From positions 1-60,162 of the IMG/VR virus record IMGVR_UViG_3300035703_000098: a stretch of DNA of 60,162 bases, one strand, 5' to 3'. The notes below the pieces were generated by a model that saw only the letters and a list, made by a program, of their open reading frames with translations, had not been told where the DNA came from and did no database searches. Positions 17,874 to 27,840 of this stretch are shown here, in pieces. The translations under genes were made by a program, and so were the position numbers. This stretch comes from a virus (taxonomy: Duplodnaviria; Caudoviricetes). Each line of letters starts with the position of its first letter. The stretch's first letter is position 1.

Positions 17874-20399
17874 TCAGAATGAGCCGCCCTTCGATTCCAG
17901 CTCGATGCGATGCTCCAGGTCGCAAAAAATCTCCGTTCCGGATTCGTGGAACTTGTCACCCTGCCACAACACGCCTCGACCCTTTCGCTTGTTTGTCCAT
18001 CGGAACAGGTTGGTGAACTCTGATTCGTCGATCGACTGATTGATTTTGCGCATCACTCCGACCGTTGAACCGGTCCGATCATTCGTGGCTGCGCGGTACC
18101 AGGTCACGAACAGCACGGCCGGGATAAACACACTGTGCTGTTCGGTGTCGTACCGCAGATCGGCCAACTGGTTCTGTACGTAGCTCTGGATCAGGTCGCA
18201 TTCATCCGCGTCTGAATCAGTGAACGACTGCCGTTCTGCGATGATCCGGCGGACCTCATCCGGTTCTGGAAGTCGCTGTAAAACATCTTTCTCCCATGCC
18301 CCCCAGCGACTGTGGCCAGTGATGGCCGTTCGCTCGCGACGCAGGAATTCCACGCAATCGGCGTAGATCGCGCGCCGATGCTCCGCGATGTAGGTTTCGA
18401 CCATCTCGATCCAGTTGCCGGCGTACTGTGGTTTCGAGACTTTGATAATCACCGAACGCTGAGCGAGGTCTTTCGAGAAGGCCGGCCCGTTCATCGTGAT
18501 CAGGTAAGTGAGCGTATTCGGCCGCTGAGCCTCGCCGATGTAGAGTGCCCGGCCGCTGATGACCGGCGAAGTTACCAGTCCCTCGAAATCAGCCCAACTG
18601 AATTTGTGCGACTTCACGTTGTCGAGCAGGACAATGCGATACCGCAGTGATTCTGGAGTCAGCAGCCGCTCTTTGATCCGCTCGAACGTCTCGTTGCTCG
18701 TCAGTTCGATGTGGCCGCCGAACAGCCGGCAGACCATGCGAGCCGTGGACGACTTCCCGGATCCGCGACCGTCATCTGACGTGAGCACGAACACAGGTCG
18801 AGTGCCACCAGCCCCGCCCCAGAACGGCGTCACAAACATCAACCGGAGCAAATCAGCATCCCACTGGCTGGCCGGCTTCATCATCTCCAGCAGGCCGTCC
18901 AGTGCCTTCCCATCGCCTGGCTGAAGTGTTTCGTCGCATGCGTAGAACCGATTCGGCATCAGCGGTTCATGTGGGACGTACTCGATGGATTCGTAAGCTG
19001 GAGCACACTGAGCAATACGTTCAAAGACTTCTCCCTTTGTGTGATAGGAAGCACCTCTCCAGAATTCTGGAGGCACGCCAGTCTTCTGGCCGATGTAGCC
19101 GAACAGTCCAGCCTGATTAGTGATTCGGTGGATCTGCTTTTCTTCGTAGGTGAAAAGCATCTCACCGACTCGCCGCGGCCAGCCATCGGTCAGCTGAAAA
19201 CACCGCTCGACGATCTTCTGCATTGGCAGCGGCATGCCTTCTCGCTCTTTGATGCCGCGCTCGAAGTTCGTGACTCCCTGAAGAGCTTCTTCGGCCGCCG
19301 CCTGGCTGCGCTCTGCCGGCTCGACAGAATTGGCCAGTTCCACCAGCTCCGTGAATGTGTGCCCCTCGTTGAGCCAGTCCCTCAGATCCTTTCCGTGAGT
19401 CGCGGACATCTCGTACGGAAGCCGGACATGCCGCACGTCCTGGCAACCCATCGCGAGCTGAGCCACCCAGCGAGACGCTCCGTCCTCGCCTGGCTGATCG
19501 CAATCGTGGATGACGACGACTCGTCCAGACTGGCCAGCTGCCGTCGCCGCGAACGCATCGAGCATCCACGCTTCAGGTTTCTCCTTGCTGCCGTTGGCTG
19601 TCGTGATCACTGCCGTCGAGTCTCGCTCAGACTCTGGGATCGCTCCCATCAGCGCGAGACAGTCCGAGACGCCTTCGACCTTGAAGATCGTCTTGATCGC
19701 ATCGGGTTGGCTGATCAGCCGCGCGGCATCACCAATCAGTCCCGGGTCGCTGCCAGCTGTGACTTTGACTTTCTCCCAACGCGGTGGCTGCGACTTCTTG
19801 TCGAAGATCGGCAGTTCGCCGCCGCCTTGCTCGAAGATCACCCAGCCGACTGCATCCGCAGCCGCTCCCTTCGGACCGCGCACCGGGAACGCCATCACGC
19901 TGTATCGCTCGCGGTATCTAGCCGGCAGTCCGCCCGCCTGTTGAATGGCTTCCGGAGCGACTCCGGGTTTGTGACGACACCACAGTTTCGCAGGGATCGG
20001 ATGCCACTCGCGAAGAACCAGATTTTTCAGCGGGTCCGCTTTCTCTCGCCCGCCCTTCGATTTCAATTCAACGTGCAGAAAGTCTGCCACCCGCCTGGCA
20101 GCCTCAGAGAAATCGCACCCCAGCCACCATTGCAGAGATGCCAGTCCGTCACCGTTTCTGGTGGCGAAACACTGATTGCAGAACAGTCCGCCAGTCTGAT
20201 CGAAGTCTTCAAATGCCCGATATCGATCACTGCCGCCGCATTTCGGGCATGGCCCGTGAACAGTGCTCAGGTACTCTGCGGGAAAACCGTTGGTAGTCAG
20301 GATTGATTGCCAGCGGCCTGATGCCAGTCCTTTCAGTTCGTCGAGTGAAACTTTCCGTTCCGGCTTTGCCGAGACATTCCGTGTCTTCGCCGCATTCAT
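17874..20399 (-). CDS. Primase-helicase (P4 alpha-like Zn ribbon + TOPRIM + P-loop)
   Basis: HGPCPKCGGSDRY...FCNQC...GDG; KVEGVSD; HDCDQPG; GRGSGKS; LLDNV. Start at the ATGA overlap 20399. Confidence 0.88.
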   Translation of the reverse strand: MNAAKTRNVSAKPERKVSLDELKGLASGRWQSILTTNGFPAEYLSTVHGPCPKCGGSDRYRAFEDFDQTGGLFCNQCFATRNGDGLASLQWWLGCDFSEAARRVADFLHVELKSKGGREKADPLKNLVLREWHPIPAKLWCRHKPGVAPEAIQQAGGLPARYRERYSVMAFPVRGPKGAAADAVGWVIFEQGGGELPIFDKKSQPPRWEKVKVTAGSDPGLIGDAARLISQPDAIKTIFKVEGVSDCLALMGAIPESERDSTAVITTANGSKEKPEAWMLDAFAATAAGQSGRVVVIHDCDQPGEDGASRWVAQLAMGCQDVRHVRLPYEMSATHGKDLRDWLNEGHTFTELVELANSVEPAERSQAAAEEALQGVTNFERGIKEREGMPLPMQKIVERCFQLTDGWPRRVGEMLFTYEEKQIHRITNQAGLFGYIGQKTGVPPEFWRGASYHTKGEVFERIAQCAPAYESIEYVPHEPLMPNRFYACDETLQPGDGKALDGLLEMMKPASQWDADLLRLMFVTPFWGGAGGTRPVFVLTSDDGRGSGKSSTARMVCRLFGGHIELTSNETFERIKERLLTPESLRYRIVLLDNVKSHKFSWADFEGLVTSPVISGRALYIGEAQRPNTLTYLITMNGPAFSKDLAQRSVIIKVSKPQYAGNWIEMVETYIAEHRRAIYADCVEFLRRERTAITGHSRWGAWEKDVLQRLPEPDEVRRIIAERQSFTDSDADECDLIQSYVQNQLADLRYDTEQHSVFIPAVLFVTWYRAATNDRTGSTVGVMRKINQSIDESEFTNLFRWTNKRKGRGVLWQGDKFHESGTEIFCDLEHRIELESKGGSF

Positions 20400-21046
20400 G
20401 TGCTGGCCTCCAGTTGCCGTGAGGCAGCAGCGATCTGTTCTGTGGCCTTTGCGTGAAACCGTTCCAGCCATCTGAACGCTGTGATTTCAGCCAGTCGCCG
20501 ACTATCGCAAAACAGCCACGGTGTTTTGTGGTAGTCCTGCTGCAAGGCGATGACGGACCGATGGAAGATCTTCATCAGCGTCTGACTGCCATGCTCGCTC
20601 TCGACGCAGTAATTCAGGCAGGCATCCAGCGAGCCTTCGCAGATCACTACAGCCGAAGTGAGTGTCTCAAGATTGGCCAGTTCACGCTCGAACCGCTCGC
20701 GTCGATCACTCTTGAATCCAGTGATCGTGCCGACCATGTCCTCGATCGACTTTCGTTCGATGGCCACCCTTGCGACGGCATCAATCCGACCTGGCTCATA
20801 CCCGGCCAGCGAATAGTCGCCACAGCCAGCGCCCAGAGATTGCCACCGCGTTTCAACGACCAGCGGCCGGTTCCGCTGTTTCGAGTCGGCTCGCAATCCA
20901 CTGAATGAGAATGGCGCCTTCTCTTGCGCGTCGATCACTACAACGAAAGGGCAGACAAGTGGTCGATCGTCTGGCTGTCCTTTTCTGGTTCTACGTTCGG
21001 ACGCTGTTCCAACTCCAGTTCCGCCGTCTGCATGTCCGCCTGACAT
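20396..21046 (-). CDS. ERCC4/XPF-domain nuclease
   Basis: VIDAQE, GDY and IERKSIED motifs. Confidence 0.85.
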   Translation of the reverse strand: MSGGHADGGTGVGTASERRTRKGQPDDRPLVCPFVVVIDAQEKAPFSFSGLRADSKQRNRPLVVETRWQSLGAGCGDYSLAGYEPGRIDAVARVAIERKSIEDMVGTITGFKSDRRERFERELANLETLTSAVVICEGSLDACLNYCVESEHGSQTLMKIFHRSVIALQQDYHKTPWLFCDSRRLAEITAFRWLERFHAKATEQIAAASRQLEAST

Positions 21047-23385
21047 GTCAACAACCTCCGCTGTTCTTCGATGCGTTCGACCAGAAAAGTCTTGCGATTC
21101 TTCAAGGCCACGCGACGCACCATCGCGTGTGCTGTCGCCAGTTTGCCGACCAACAGGCAAAGCCGCTTGGCGCGACTGATGGCCGTGTAGATCCACTCTC
21201 GCGAAGTCACCATTCGCGCGCCGGCATAGTCGTCGAGCACGACAATGACGACCGGCCATTCGCTGCCCTGCGATTTGTGAACGCTGAGTGCGTAGCCCAG
21301 ATCCCAGCTGCAGCCGCTGTCGCCTTCGGTCTCGTTCTTCTGACCGCGCGGGATCTTCACGCAGACTTCACCGGGTCTCGTGCGGGCAATCGTGAAGCCC
21401 GATTCGGCATGTAAGACCTCCGCCAATTCTCCGTTTGCAATGAAGACTTTCGCATCATCGCCAAGTGATCCGTCCGGTTGGCATTCAGGGAAGAACCCAT
21501 TCTGTGTGTTGACAATCTTGTCACCCGTCCTAAAAGGGTTGCCGTTGGGAGTGCTCTCGGCCCCATTGAAGGACGATTTTGTCACCAACCCGGAACGGCT
21601 TTTTCCCATCAGTTCGCTCTGCAATACCTGATTCAGAGCCTTCCGAGACACTCCCGACTTCTCGTTGACCGCAACCAGGACCTGCACATCCCAGACTGGA
21701 TCCAGTCCTTCTTCTCGCTGCAGTGCAATCGCCTTGAGAATCTTCTCCATCTGCTGATCGGCGTTCGATGCCTGGACCAGATACAGGTTCTCAGGATCAT
21801 CAACATCCAGATCGACGCGCATGCTGGTCCGGATTTCCTGCCCTTCACGGATGGAATGGCACTGGCTGACGATGCGGCCGCTGTTCCTCCGGATTTCCGT
21901 AAGGATTGCATGGGGCACATTCGCCGCGATGAAATCGCGAAGCGGCGCGCCATGGCCAACCGGTGGCAACTGATGGACATCGCCGACCAGAAGCAGGTGA
22001 GTCCCTGTCGCGCGAGCCGCCAGCAGGTGATCCATCAGCGGAACGTCGATCATCGAACTCTCATCGACGATCAGCCAGCGGTGAGGCAGCGGGCAGTTCG
22101 CGTTGTGCCGGAACGTCCAGCCGCCTCCGTCTGAATTCGTTTCAACCCCCAACAGCGAATGAATCGTCTGAGCCTGCAGGTTGATTCCGTAGGATCGCAT
22201 GGCTTCAGTGATTCGCACTGCCGCCTTCCCTGTGGGAGCCGCCACGGCGATCGAGCCACCCAGTCCGCTGGACTGGATGAGTTTGACGATCTGGGCCGCC
22301 GTGAATGTCTTGCCTGTGCCTGGCCCGCCGCCCAGGTGGCAGACGACTCCGGCCAGTGCCTCGCTGGCATGTTCTCGCTGATGCTCGCTGAGCACTTCAC
22401 AGCTCGCGACCGAAGGCCATTTGCACGGCTCAGTGGCAGCCTGCGCGAGGCGTTCTGCGATTCGCTCTTCTGCCAGCGAAGCGGTCCGCTCTGATACCCA
22501 CAGCCGATCGTGTTCGTCGCGGCGTGTGTCGATCATGCGGCCGCGTTTGGCCAGCTTTAAGGCGGCGAATTCGCTGATGGCCGCACCGCCGACTTTCTCG
22601 CGCAGGCCTCGCTCCACAACGGCCACTGGAAACCAGGTATGACCGTCCGAATTGCTGGCCAGCGAATGCCACGCACACAGCGCCTGTCGTTTCAGTCGTC
22701 CCGGTTCGCCTCCGAGGTCCAGATACATCTGGTCGGTTCGCAGGAACCCGCAACCCCGGAACTTCATCAGCAGGTACGGATTCCGCCGAAGCACTTCGGC
22801 CGCACGATTGCCCCATGCCCGGATTGCCTGGCGGGCCACAGACTTCGGGAAGCCGCGTCCGGTCAGCAGGTCCATCAGGTCGAGAGTGCAAGACTCCAGC
22901 GCGGCCTCTTCTTGCAGGAATGCCGCCGCCTCTCGCGCCTTCTCAATTGTGAAGTGACTTCCGCCAACGCGGGCAACTGCCACCTCTGGCTGCTCGCGCA
23001 ATACACGCACAGCGTCTGATTGGAATCCTTCCCACAGCTTGCGAGCGGTGGCTGATCCCACATGCGGAGCATTCTGCAGATATCGGACAACACCCTGCAT
23101 TCCGTGCGGCTGCGCGCGGACGAACGTCTGGAACTCGAATTGATCTTCAGAAACTCCAGTGCGTTTGTTGGTGTACTTTTTCCAGCGGCCGTAAAAACGG
23201 TACGTCAGCAGGTACTCCAGCTCGCCTTCATCGGCCGTGCCTTTGATCTTGATCGGCACCTTGCCTGAATGCTGATCCTGACCTTCTTCGCTGACCACGA
23301 TCATCTGAGCACTTCCAATGATGGTCTGATCCCAGCGTTGCTGCTCGCTGATGAATACAGCAGTGATTTCCTGCAGTTGAGCCAT
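20938..23385 (-). CDS. recD2: RecD2-like SF1B helicase
   Basis: GGPGTGKT, APTGKAA, VDESSM, VGDVHQLPPVG, YALSVHKSQGSE and YTAISRA. Confidence 0.92.
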   Translation of the reverse strand: MAQLQEITAVFISEQQRWDQTIIGSAQMIVVSEEGQDQHSGKVPIKIKGTADEGELEYLLTYRFYGRWKKYTNKRTGVSEDQFEFQTFVRAQPHGMQGVVRYLQNAPHVGSATARKLWEGFQSDAVRVLREQPEVAVARVGGSHFTIEKAREAAAFLQEEAALESCTLDLMDLLTGRGFPKSVARQAIRAWGNRAAEVLRRNPYLLMKFRGCGFLRTDQMYLDLGGEPGRLKRQALCAWHSLASNSDGHTWFPVAVVERGLREKVGGAAISEFAALKLAKRGRMIDTRRDEHDRLWVSERTASLAEERIAERLAQAATEPCKWPSVASCEVLSEHQREHASEALAGVVCHLGGGPGTGKTFTAAQIVKLIQSSGLGGSIAVAAPTGKAAVRITEAMRSYGINLQAQTIHSLLGVETNSDGGGWTFRHNANCPLPHRWLIVDESSMIDVPLMDHLLAARATGTHLLLVGDVHQLPPVGHGAPLRDFIAANVPHAILTEIRRNSGRIVSQCHSIREGQEIRTSMRVDLDVDDPENLYLVQASNADQQMEKILKAIALQREEGLDPVWDVQVLVAVNEKSGVSRKALNQVLQSELMGKSRSGLVTKSSFNGAESTPNGNPFRTGDKIVNTQNGFFPECQPDGSLGDDAKVFIANGELAEVLHAESGFTIARTRPGEVCVKIPRGQKNETEGDSGCSWDLGYALSVHKSQGSEWPVVIVVLDDYAGARMVTSREWIYTAISRAKRLCLLVGKLATAHAMVRRVALKNRKTFLVERIEEQRRLLTCQADMQTAELELEQRPNVEPEKDSQTIDHLSALSL

Positions 23386-23612
23386 CAGGCGAATCCCCTC
23401 TGCTCTGCCAGTCTCAGGCGAATCACGATTGAGCCAGCATTCTCCGGCCCTTCTGGAAACGATTCACTGAGAATGTCCACGCGGCGGAACCACTCAAAGG
23501 AGCCGTCAATTCGATACGCAACCATGTTGCCACGAATAACACGTTGTTCGGCGGCGATTTCCCACTCGCCGTCCGCATCCTGCTCATCAGCATTGATTGC
23601 TACTCGCTCCAT
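23385..23612 (-). CDS. Hypothetical protein
   Basis: Start moved to ATG 23612, downstream of the tRNA-like RNA; coupled to recD2. Confidence 0.6.
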   Translation of the reverse strand: MERVAINADEQDADGEWEIAAEQRVIRGNMVAYRIDGSFEWFRRVDILSESFPEGPENAGSIVIRLRLAEQRGFA

Positions 23613-23638
23613 CACGACATTCCTCTCAGCTACAGAAT

Positions 23639-23739
23639 TGGTCGCGGCAGGACTCGAACCTGCATTCATTGCGGGCACCGCCAACCTCACTCGCAATGAC
23701 TCATTGGCTTGGGCGTTTTCCGGGTTTCGCCACGCGACC
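23639..23739 (-). ncRNA. tRNA-like RNA with a long extra arm and no canonical anticodon arm
   Basis: Acceptor stem GGTCGCG/CGCGACC + A; T-arm GCAGG-TTCGAGT-CCTGC; D-arm GCG...CGC; 8-bp stem TCATTGCG/CGCAATGA; 101 nt. Confidence 0.7.
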
Positions 23740-23750
23740 AGCCATCAGAA

Positions 23751-24416
23751 TCACAGGCCGGCGTATTTGTCGGCCGGTTTCGCTTTGGCAGCAGGAGCCG
23801 CCGGCACATCGTCTGACCCGGCCGCAGGCTTGCTGACAGCAGTCTGGCCAGTGGTCTGATTCGCAGCAGAAGCCGCGGCTCCGCTACCTGCAGTTTGTTG
23901 ACCAGACGGGTCAACGGCGTTCTGCTGGCCGTTCTCGCGGCATAGATCCAGCGTGACTTTGTCGGCCGGAATGTGTGCCGCGTCCGGATCGTTCGGCGCC
24001 CAGATATACAACCCGTCGATCTGCCCCTGCCTGCCGGTGCCACCGGACTTTTTCGTGTAAGTCCGATGAGTCACGCCGGCCTTGAAGCAGCGATACAACA
24101 GCTGGTCCGGTTCATACGGCTTGCCGCTGCGAGCCTCTTCGATGGATGCGAAAATCCCGGTCGCCAGCAGCAGCTTGAGCTTCCGGCTACGCGCGAATTT
24201 TCCACCATCCTTGTTGGTGGACACATCGTGAAACCACGCTTCGGTCAGTTTGCGCCCGGCCTGACCATCAACCGTGCCACTGCACACGGTCAACTCGAAC
24301 TCGGTGAGTTGGTCCTTTTCTTCCACGTTGCTCACCATCAGAAGGTATTGACCTTCATCCGGAAACGACTGGCCCGCCAGATCCTTTTCGTCGATGTCGT
24401 CGAACTCACTCGGCAT
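23751..24416 (-). CDS. SSB-like (DUF669-like OB-fold) protein
   Basis: PDEGQY motif, beta-rich core and flexible tail; adjacent to the Sak4-like ATPase. Confidence 0.6.
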   Translation of the reverse strand: MPSEFDDIDEKDLAGQSFPDEGQYLLMVSNVEEKDQLTEFELTVCSGTVDGQAGRKLTEAWFHDVSTNKDGGKFARSRKLKLLLATGIFASIEEARSGKPYEPDQLLYRCFKAGVTHRTYTKKSGGTGRQGQIDGLYIWAPNDPDAAHIPADKVTLDLCRENGQQNAVDPSGQQTAGSGAAASAANQTTGQTAVSKPAAGSDDVPAAPAAKAKPADKYAGL

Positions 24417-24613
24417 GATTCGTTCCTTTCAAGAGAACAAGAGAAAACATCAAACTTCGTACCCTTCAGTCGCCAGCACTGTGCGGACGGCTTGAATTGC
24501 CGCAACAGGATGCGGCGCCCAGGTTGCCGGGTAACCATGCACTGCCAGCCACGTTGACCAGACGGCCTGCTCACCACAGCATTCCACCAGTGGCCGGAGT
24601 GATGCCGGCCAGA

Positions 24614-25765
24614 TCAGTTTCCCGGCGTGCTGCCAACGCCAAACATCTCTTCGGCTACAATGCTTTCGGCCACCTCTTCCAGTTTTTCCAGGAACTCAGT
24701 CCCGACTGTTGCTTCGAGTCGCTCTGGATGTGGTTTGTTGTCCGCATCTGGCTGCACTCCTCGCGCTGCCAGCTTTTGGATCAGCACCTCATCCGGCATT
24801 TCGATGCGTTTCGCGAGGTAGAAGATTCGTTCCACCTGAGCCGGAGTGATGCAGGTCGTGAATGGGATGTCTGTTGCCGTTGTTGCGGGAGCAGTCTGCG
24901 TTGCTGGCTGGTCCTGCTGCTGTCGCTTGAGTTCATTCTTGCGTCGCAGTTTTTCGATTGGACTCAGATTCTCTTCGGCGGCTTCTTTGTTGACCTGTGT
25001 CTGAAGGTCAGCTTCGGTGACCGCATAGAAACTCGGATCAACCGTGCTCCCGTTCTCCAGCCAGTTCAGCAATGGTGTCATCAGCGACGCGCCCGGTTTC
25101 ATGACGACCATGCCATCGAGCGCCGGGCAACGAGTCTTACTCACCTTCAGCAGATGCTCGGTGTCAATGTCACACACGACATCGAATTCGTATTCCATGC
25201 CGTCCCGCTGAATCGGTTTCAGGCCGATCTTTGTTGGAACCATCTTGCCGGTTTTCGAGTCCGGCTGAAGGACGTACTCCGTCTTCGATCGCATGGTGCA
25301 GATGACATGACACGGCGATCGCAGGATCGCTTCCACCATCTGGCGATGCTGCGGAGTTACGTCCTTCCATGCGGTGAAGGAGTTCCCGCCTTTGGTGGTT
25401 TTCGCGTCCACCTGGTCGAGCGCGCCGCCTTTGCCTTCCCAGGCATGCGACAGCGAATCAATCACAACAACGTCGTATCCATTCTGCCCGGCCTCCTGCA
25501 GCACAACCGTGTAATCAGTCGGGCTGAAGTTCTCCAGAACAGCATGATCGAATTCGAAGGGCGTGCCGTCCGGACGCTCGCCCACGTATTTCGCTGCACT
25601 GCCGTGCTCAGTGTCGATTACGGCAATGCGTCCTTGCCCCTTTGCCGCCAGAGCTTGAGCAAATCTCAGTGCAGTGAATGTTTTTCCCGAACCGCTGGGA
25701 CCATCCAGTGCCAGTCTCAGTTTGGCCTTCTTGCGATCGGCCTTTTTGAAGAATGAGGAAGCCAT
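24614..25765 (-). CDS. AAA_24 / Sak4-like ATPase (single-strand annealing protein)
   Basis: GPSGSGKT, VIDTE, VIDSLSHAW and YEFD motifs. Confidence 0.85.
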   Translation of the reverse strand: MASSFFKKADRKKAKLRLALDGPSGSGKTFTALRFAQALAAKGQGRIAVIDTEHGSAAKYVGERPDGTPFEFDHAVLENFSPTDYTVVLQEAGQNGYDVVVIDSLSHAWEGKGGALDQVDAKTTKGGNSFTAWKDVTPQHRQMVEAILRSPCHVICTMRSKTEYVLQPDSKTGKMVPTKIGLKPIQRDGMEYEFDVVCDIDTEHLLKVSKTRCPALDGMVVMKPGASLMTPLLNWLENGSTVDPSFYAVTEADLQTQVNKEAAEENLSPIEKLRRKNELKRQQQDQPATQTAPATTATDIPFTTCITPAQVERIFYLAKRIEMPDEVLIQKLAARGVQPDADNKPHPERLEATVGTEFLEKLEEVAESIVAEEMFGVGSTPGN

Positions 25766-25773
25766 CGTTTCTC

Positions 25774-26796
25774 CTACGAGCAGAAAAAGCCTTGATAAAT
25801 CTGATGCAGTTTGCGCGTCACGGTGATGTCAGACCTGACGTACTCAGCGACCTTGGCCGGTTCGGTCTGCATCAACTGGTAGACAGCGCCGCCATCGGTC
25901 TCACCCGCCGGAACTTCGATCTCCAGCATGCGACACAGGTCTTTCAGCCGCGTTGCTCCGGAACGCGGATAGCGTGCTACCATCAGGTCCAGCACGTCAC
26001 TTCCCCACGGCTTCAAATCGAATCGTCTGGTAGGACTCACGCCCAGCATTGCTGAGCGGACGAAGATCACCGGCAGATCGAATCCCAGGACATTGAAGCC
26101 ACACAGTGGAGTTGCCGTGCGGGCCAGCCCCCAGAAGACTTCCAGAATCGACTCTTCGGTCACTCCATCAATGCCGACTACCAGCGAGACAGGATCAGCA
26201 TCGCCAACAGCGAATCCCAGCGCGGCGATGCGGCACATTTCCGGAGTGACGCTCATCGTCTTGATCTGTGCAGCTTCGGCCGTTTCGCGAGCAGATTTCG
26301 CGGTGCGAATCGCAGAAACGATCTTTGCCACACCAGCCCGTGGCTTCTTCTGCTGCAACTCGAATTGCTCAAACCCATCCAGCCATTCCGATTCCGGATT
26401 GAGCGGAATCAGTCGTTTCTCGATCTCATCCAGTCCCAGGCCTGCCACCTCTGCAAAGGGCGGGCATCCATCAATCGGAGTCTCTGGCGGCACTTCCGGC
26501 AGCGGGTCCAGTCCGAACAGTTCGCGACGGCGTTCGTCAGGGACTGTCTCCAGATCAAAATAGACGATCTCGCGACCAGTTGTTTTGAGGTGAACTGGTG
26601 GCTGCGATTGCAACACGACAGCATTTGCCGGTATCGGCGGTGCAGTTGTGACGCCAACCTGGTTGCCTTTGCCGTCGTGCTCGACTGCGGTGACAGTATG
26701 TTCCGTCACAACCACACTCGACGATTGTGATTGCTTTTTTGCAGCAACCCGTGCTCGCAGTTCAGCGAGTGGGTCTGACAGATCGGTGTTTGTCAT
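25774..26796 (-). CDS. DEDD 3'-5' exonuclease (PolB-exonuclease-like)
   Basis: YFDLET, GFNVLGFDLP and EYVRSD motifs. Confidence 0.8.
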   Translation of the reverse strand: MTNTDLSDPLAELRARVAAKKQSQSSSVVVTEHTVTAVEHDGKGNQVGVTTAPPIPANAVVLQSQPPVHLKTTGREIVYFDLETVPDERRRELFGLDPLPEVPPETPIDGCPPFAEVAGLGLDEIEKRLIPLNPESEWLDGFEQFELQQKKPRAGVAKIVSAIRTAKSARETAEAAQIKTMSVTPEMCRIAALGFAVGDADPVSLVVGIDGVTEESILEVFWGLARTATPLCGFNVLGFDLPVIFVRSAMLGVSPTRRFDLKPWGSDVLDLMVARYPRSGATRLKDLCRMLEIEVPAGETDGGAVYQLMQTEPAKVAEYVRSDITVTRKLHQIYQGFFCS

Positions 26797-26839
26797 CGTG
26801 CTTTTCCTTCGGTTTCGATTTCGGTTTCAGAAACGTCAC

Positions 26840-26971
26840 TCAACACTCACAATTCAGGTACGCATCGCGCATCTGGTCGAGAATCATTTCCCGGATTTCA
26901 ATCGGCATCTCCGGCGGAAACACAGGCGGCTTCCACCAGACCATGATCCGGCCGTTCCATAGACCGCACAT
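26840..26971 (-). CDS. Small hypothetical peptide (43 aa)
   Basis: TGATG overlap with the csrA stop. Confidence 0.4.
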   Translation of the reverse strand: MCGLWNGRIMVWWKPPVFPPEMPIEIREMILDQMRDAYLNCEC

Positions 26972-27147
26972 CAGGCAGACTCCTTTCGTTGTTGCTGTTG
27001 TTCGTCCAATTCTTCGCGGACGATGTTCATGTCCTTCGGAGCGTCAATTCCCAGCCGAACGGTATTGGGACCGATCCGGATAACAGTGACAGCCACGTTG
27101 TCGCCGATCAGAATGCGTTCACCGGGCTTCCTTGATAGAACCAGCAT
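26971..27147 (-). CDS. csrA: Carbon storage regulator CsrA/RsmA (58 aa, absent from the ORF track)
   Basis: Manual translation MLVLSRKPGERILIGDNVAVTVIRIGPNTVRLGIDAPKDMNIVREEL; GGAG RBS. Confidence 0.92.
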   Translation of the reverse strand: MLVLSRKPGERILIGDNVAVTVIRIGPNTVRLGIDAPKDMNIVREELDEQQQQRKESA

Positions 27148-27264
27148 GCTGCTCCACTTCCCTGTTCGGAGCCGGCCGGGCCTCTCCCTGACCTGGCCGG
27201 CTCTGCCACTGCGTCGCGTCTGCCAGTCTCCACTGACTGCCCCGCGCGACGCTCCCTCGATTTA

Positions 27265-27636
27265 TCAATTCACCGGCAGTCCAATCAGAGAGACTGATCT
27301 CACCGATGGCCCGGCAGTCAATCGCAGTGACACACTCTGCGGCATCGCCTCTACGGCGTGCCGGTGGAAGTTCAATTGGTGGTCATCCCGCAGTGCGGAC
27401 ATCGCGAGCAGCAGGTACTGAGTGGCAATCTCGCTGGGAGACGGCCACGGCACACGCTTGTCGCTGAACCACGTGATCGCGGTGCGATCGCGACAGGCGG
27501 CGGCCCACTCCCACGCCTGTTGCCAGTTCACGTCGTTGTCTTTCGGCTTGCACCGCAGATACTGCCACAGCAGCTGCTTGACCGAATTGACCAGCGGCAC
27601 GCTGGGATGGCCTGATAATGTTCGGACTTCAGCCAT
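27265..27636 (-). CDS. Hypothetical protein
   Basis: 123-aa ORF with GAGG RBS. Confidence 0.65.
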   Translation of the reverse strand: MAEVRTLSGHPSVPLVNSVKQLLWQYLRCKPKDNDVNWQQAWEWAAACRDRTAITWFSDKRVPWPSPSEIATQYLLLAMSALRDDHQLNFHRHAVEAMPQSVSLRLTAGPSVRSVSLIGLPVN

Positions 27637-27840
27637 TGTTACTACCTCGCCATTCTGGCCAGTCCCGCAATCGCCGCGACCAACGCAGCACAGCAGGCGA
27701 AGGGCGACAGGCAGAACAGCACTGTTTCGATCACGGTCAGCATGACTGATGTCCTTGGTAGTAAGAGAAGAGTCACCGCCAGCTTTCAGGTGCGGTCTCG
27801 TTTCCAGTTGACGCCCGCGTCCGGATGCCAGTCCTGTTGC

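Noticed and set aside
18969-20306. Long plus-strand ORFs (445 aa here; also 42426..43622, 48748..49854, 49554..50867)
   Set aside because: Antisense shadows of well-supported minus-strand genes in high-GC DNA; no motifs or RBS.
23613-23696. N-terminal extension of ORF 23385..23696
   Set aside because: Overlaps the tRNA-like RNA; a better start with RBS is at 23612.
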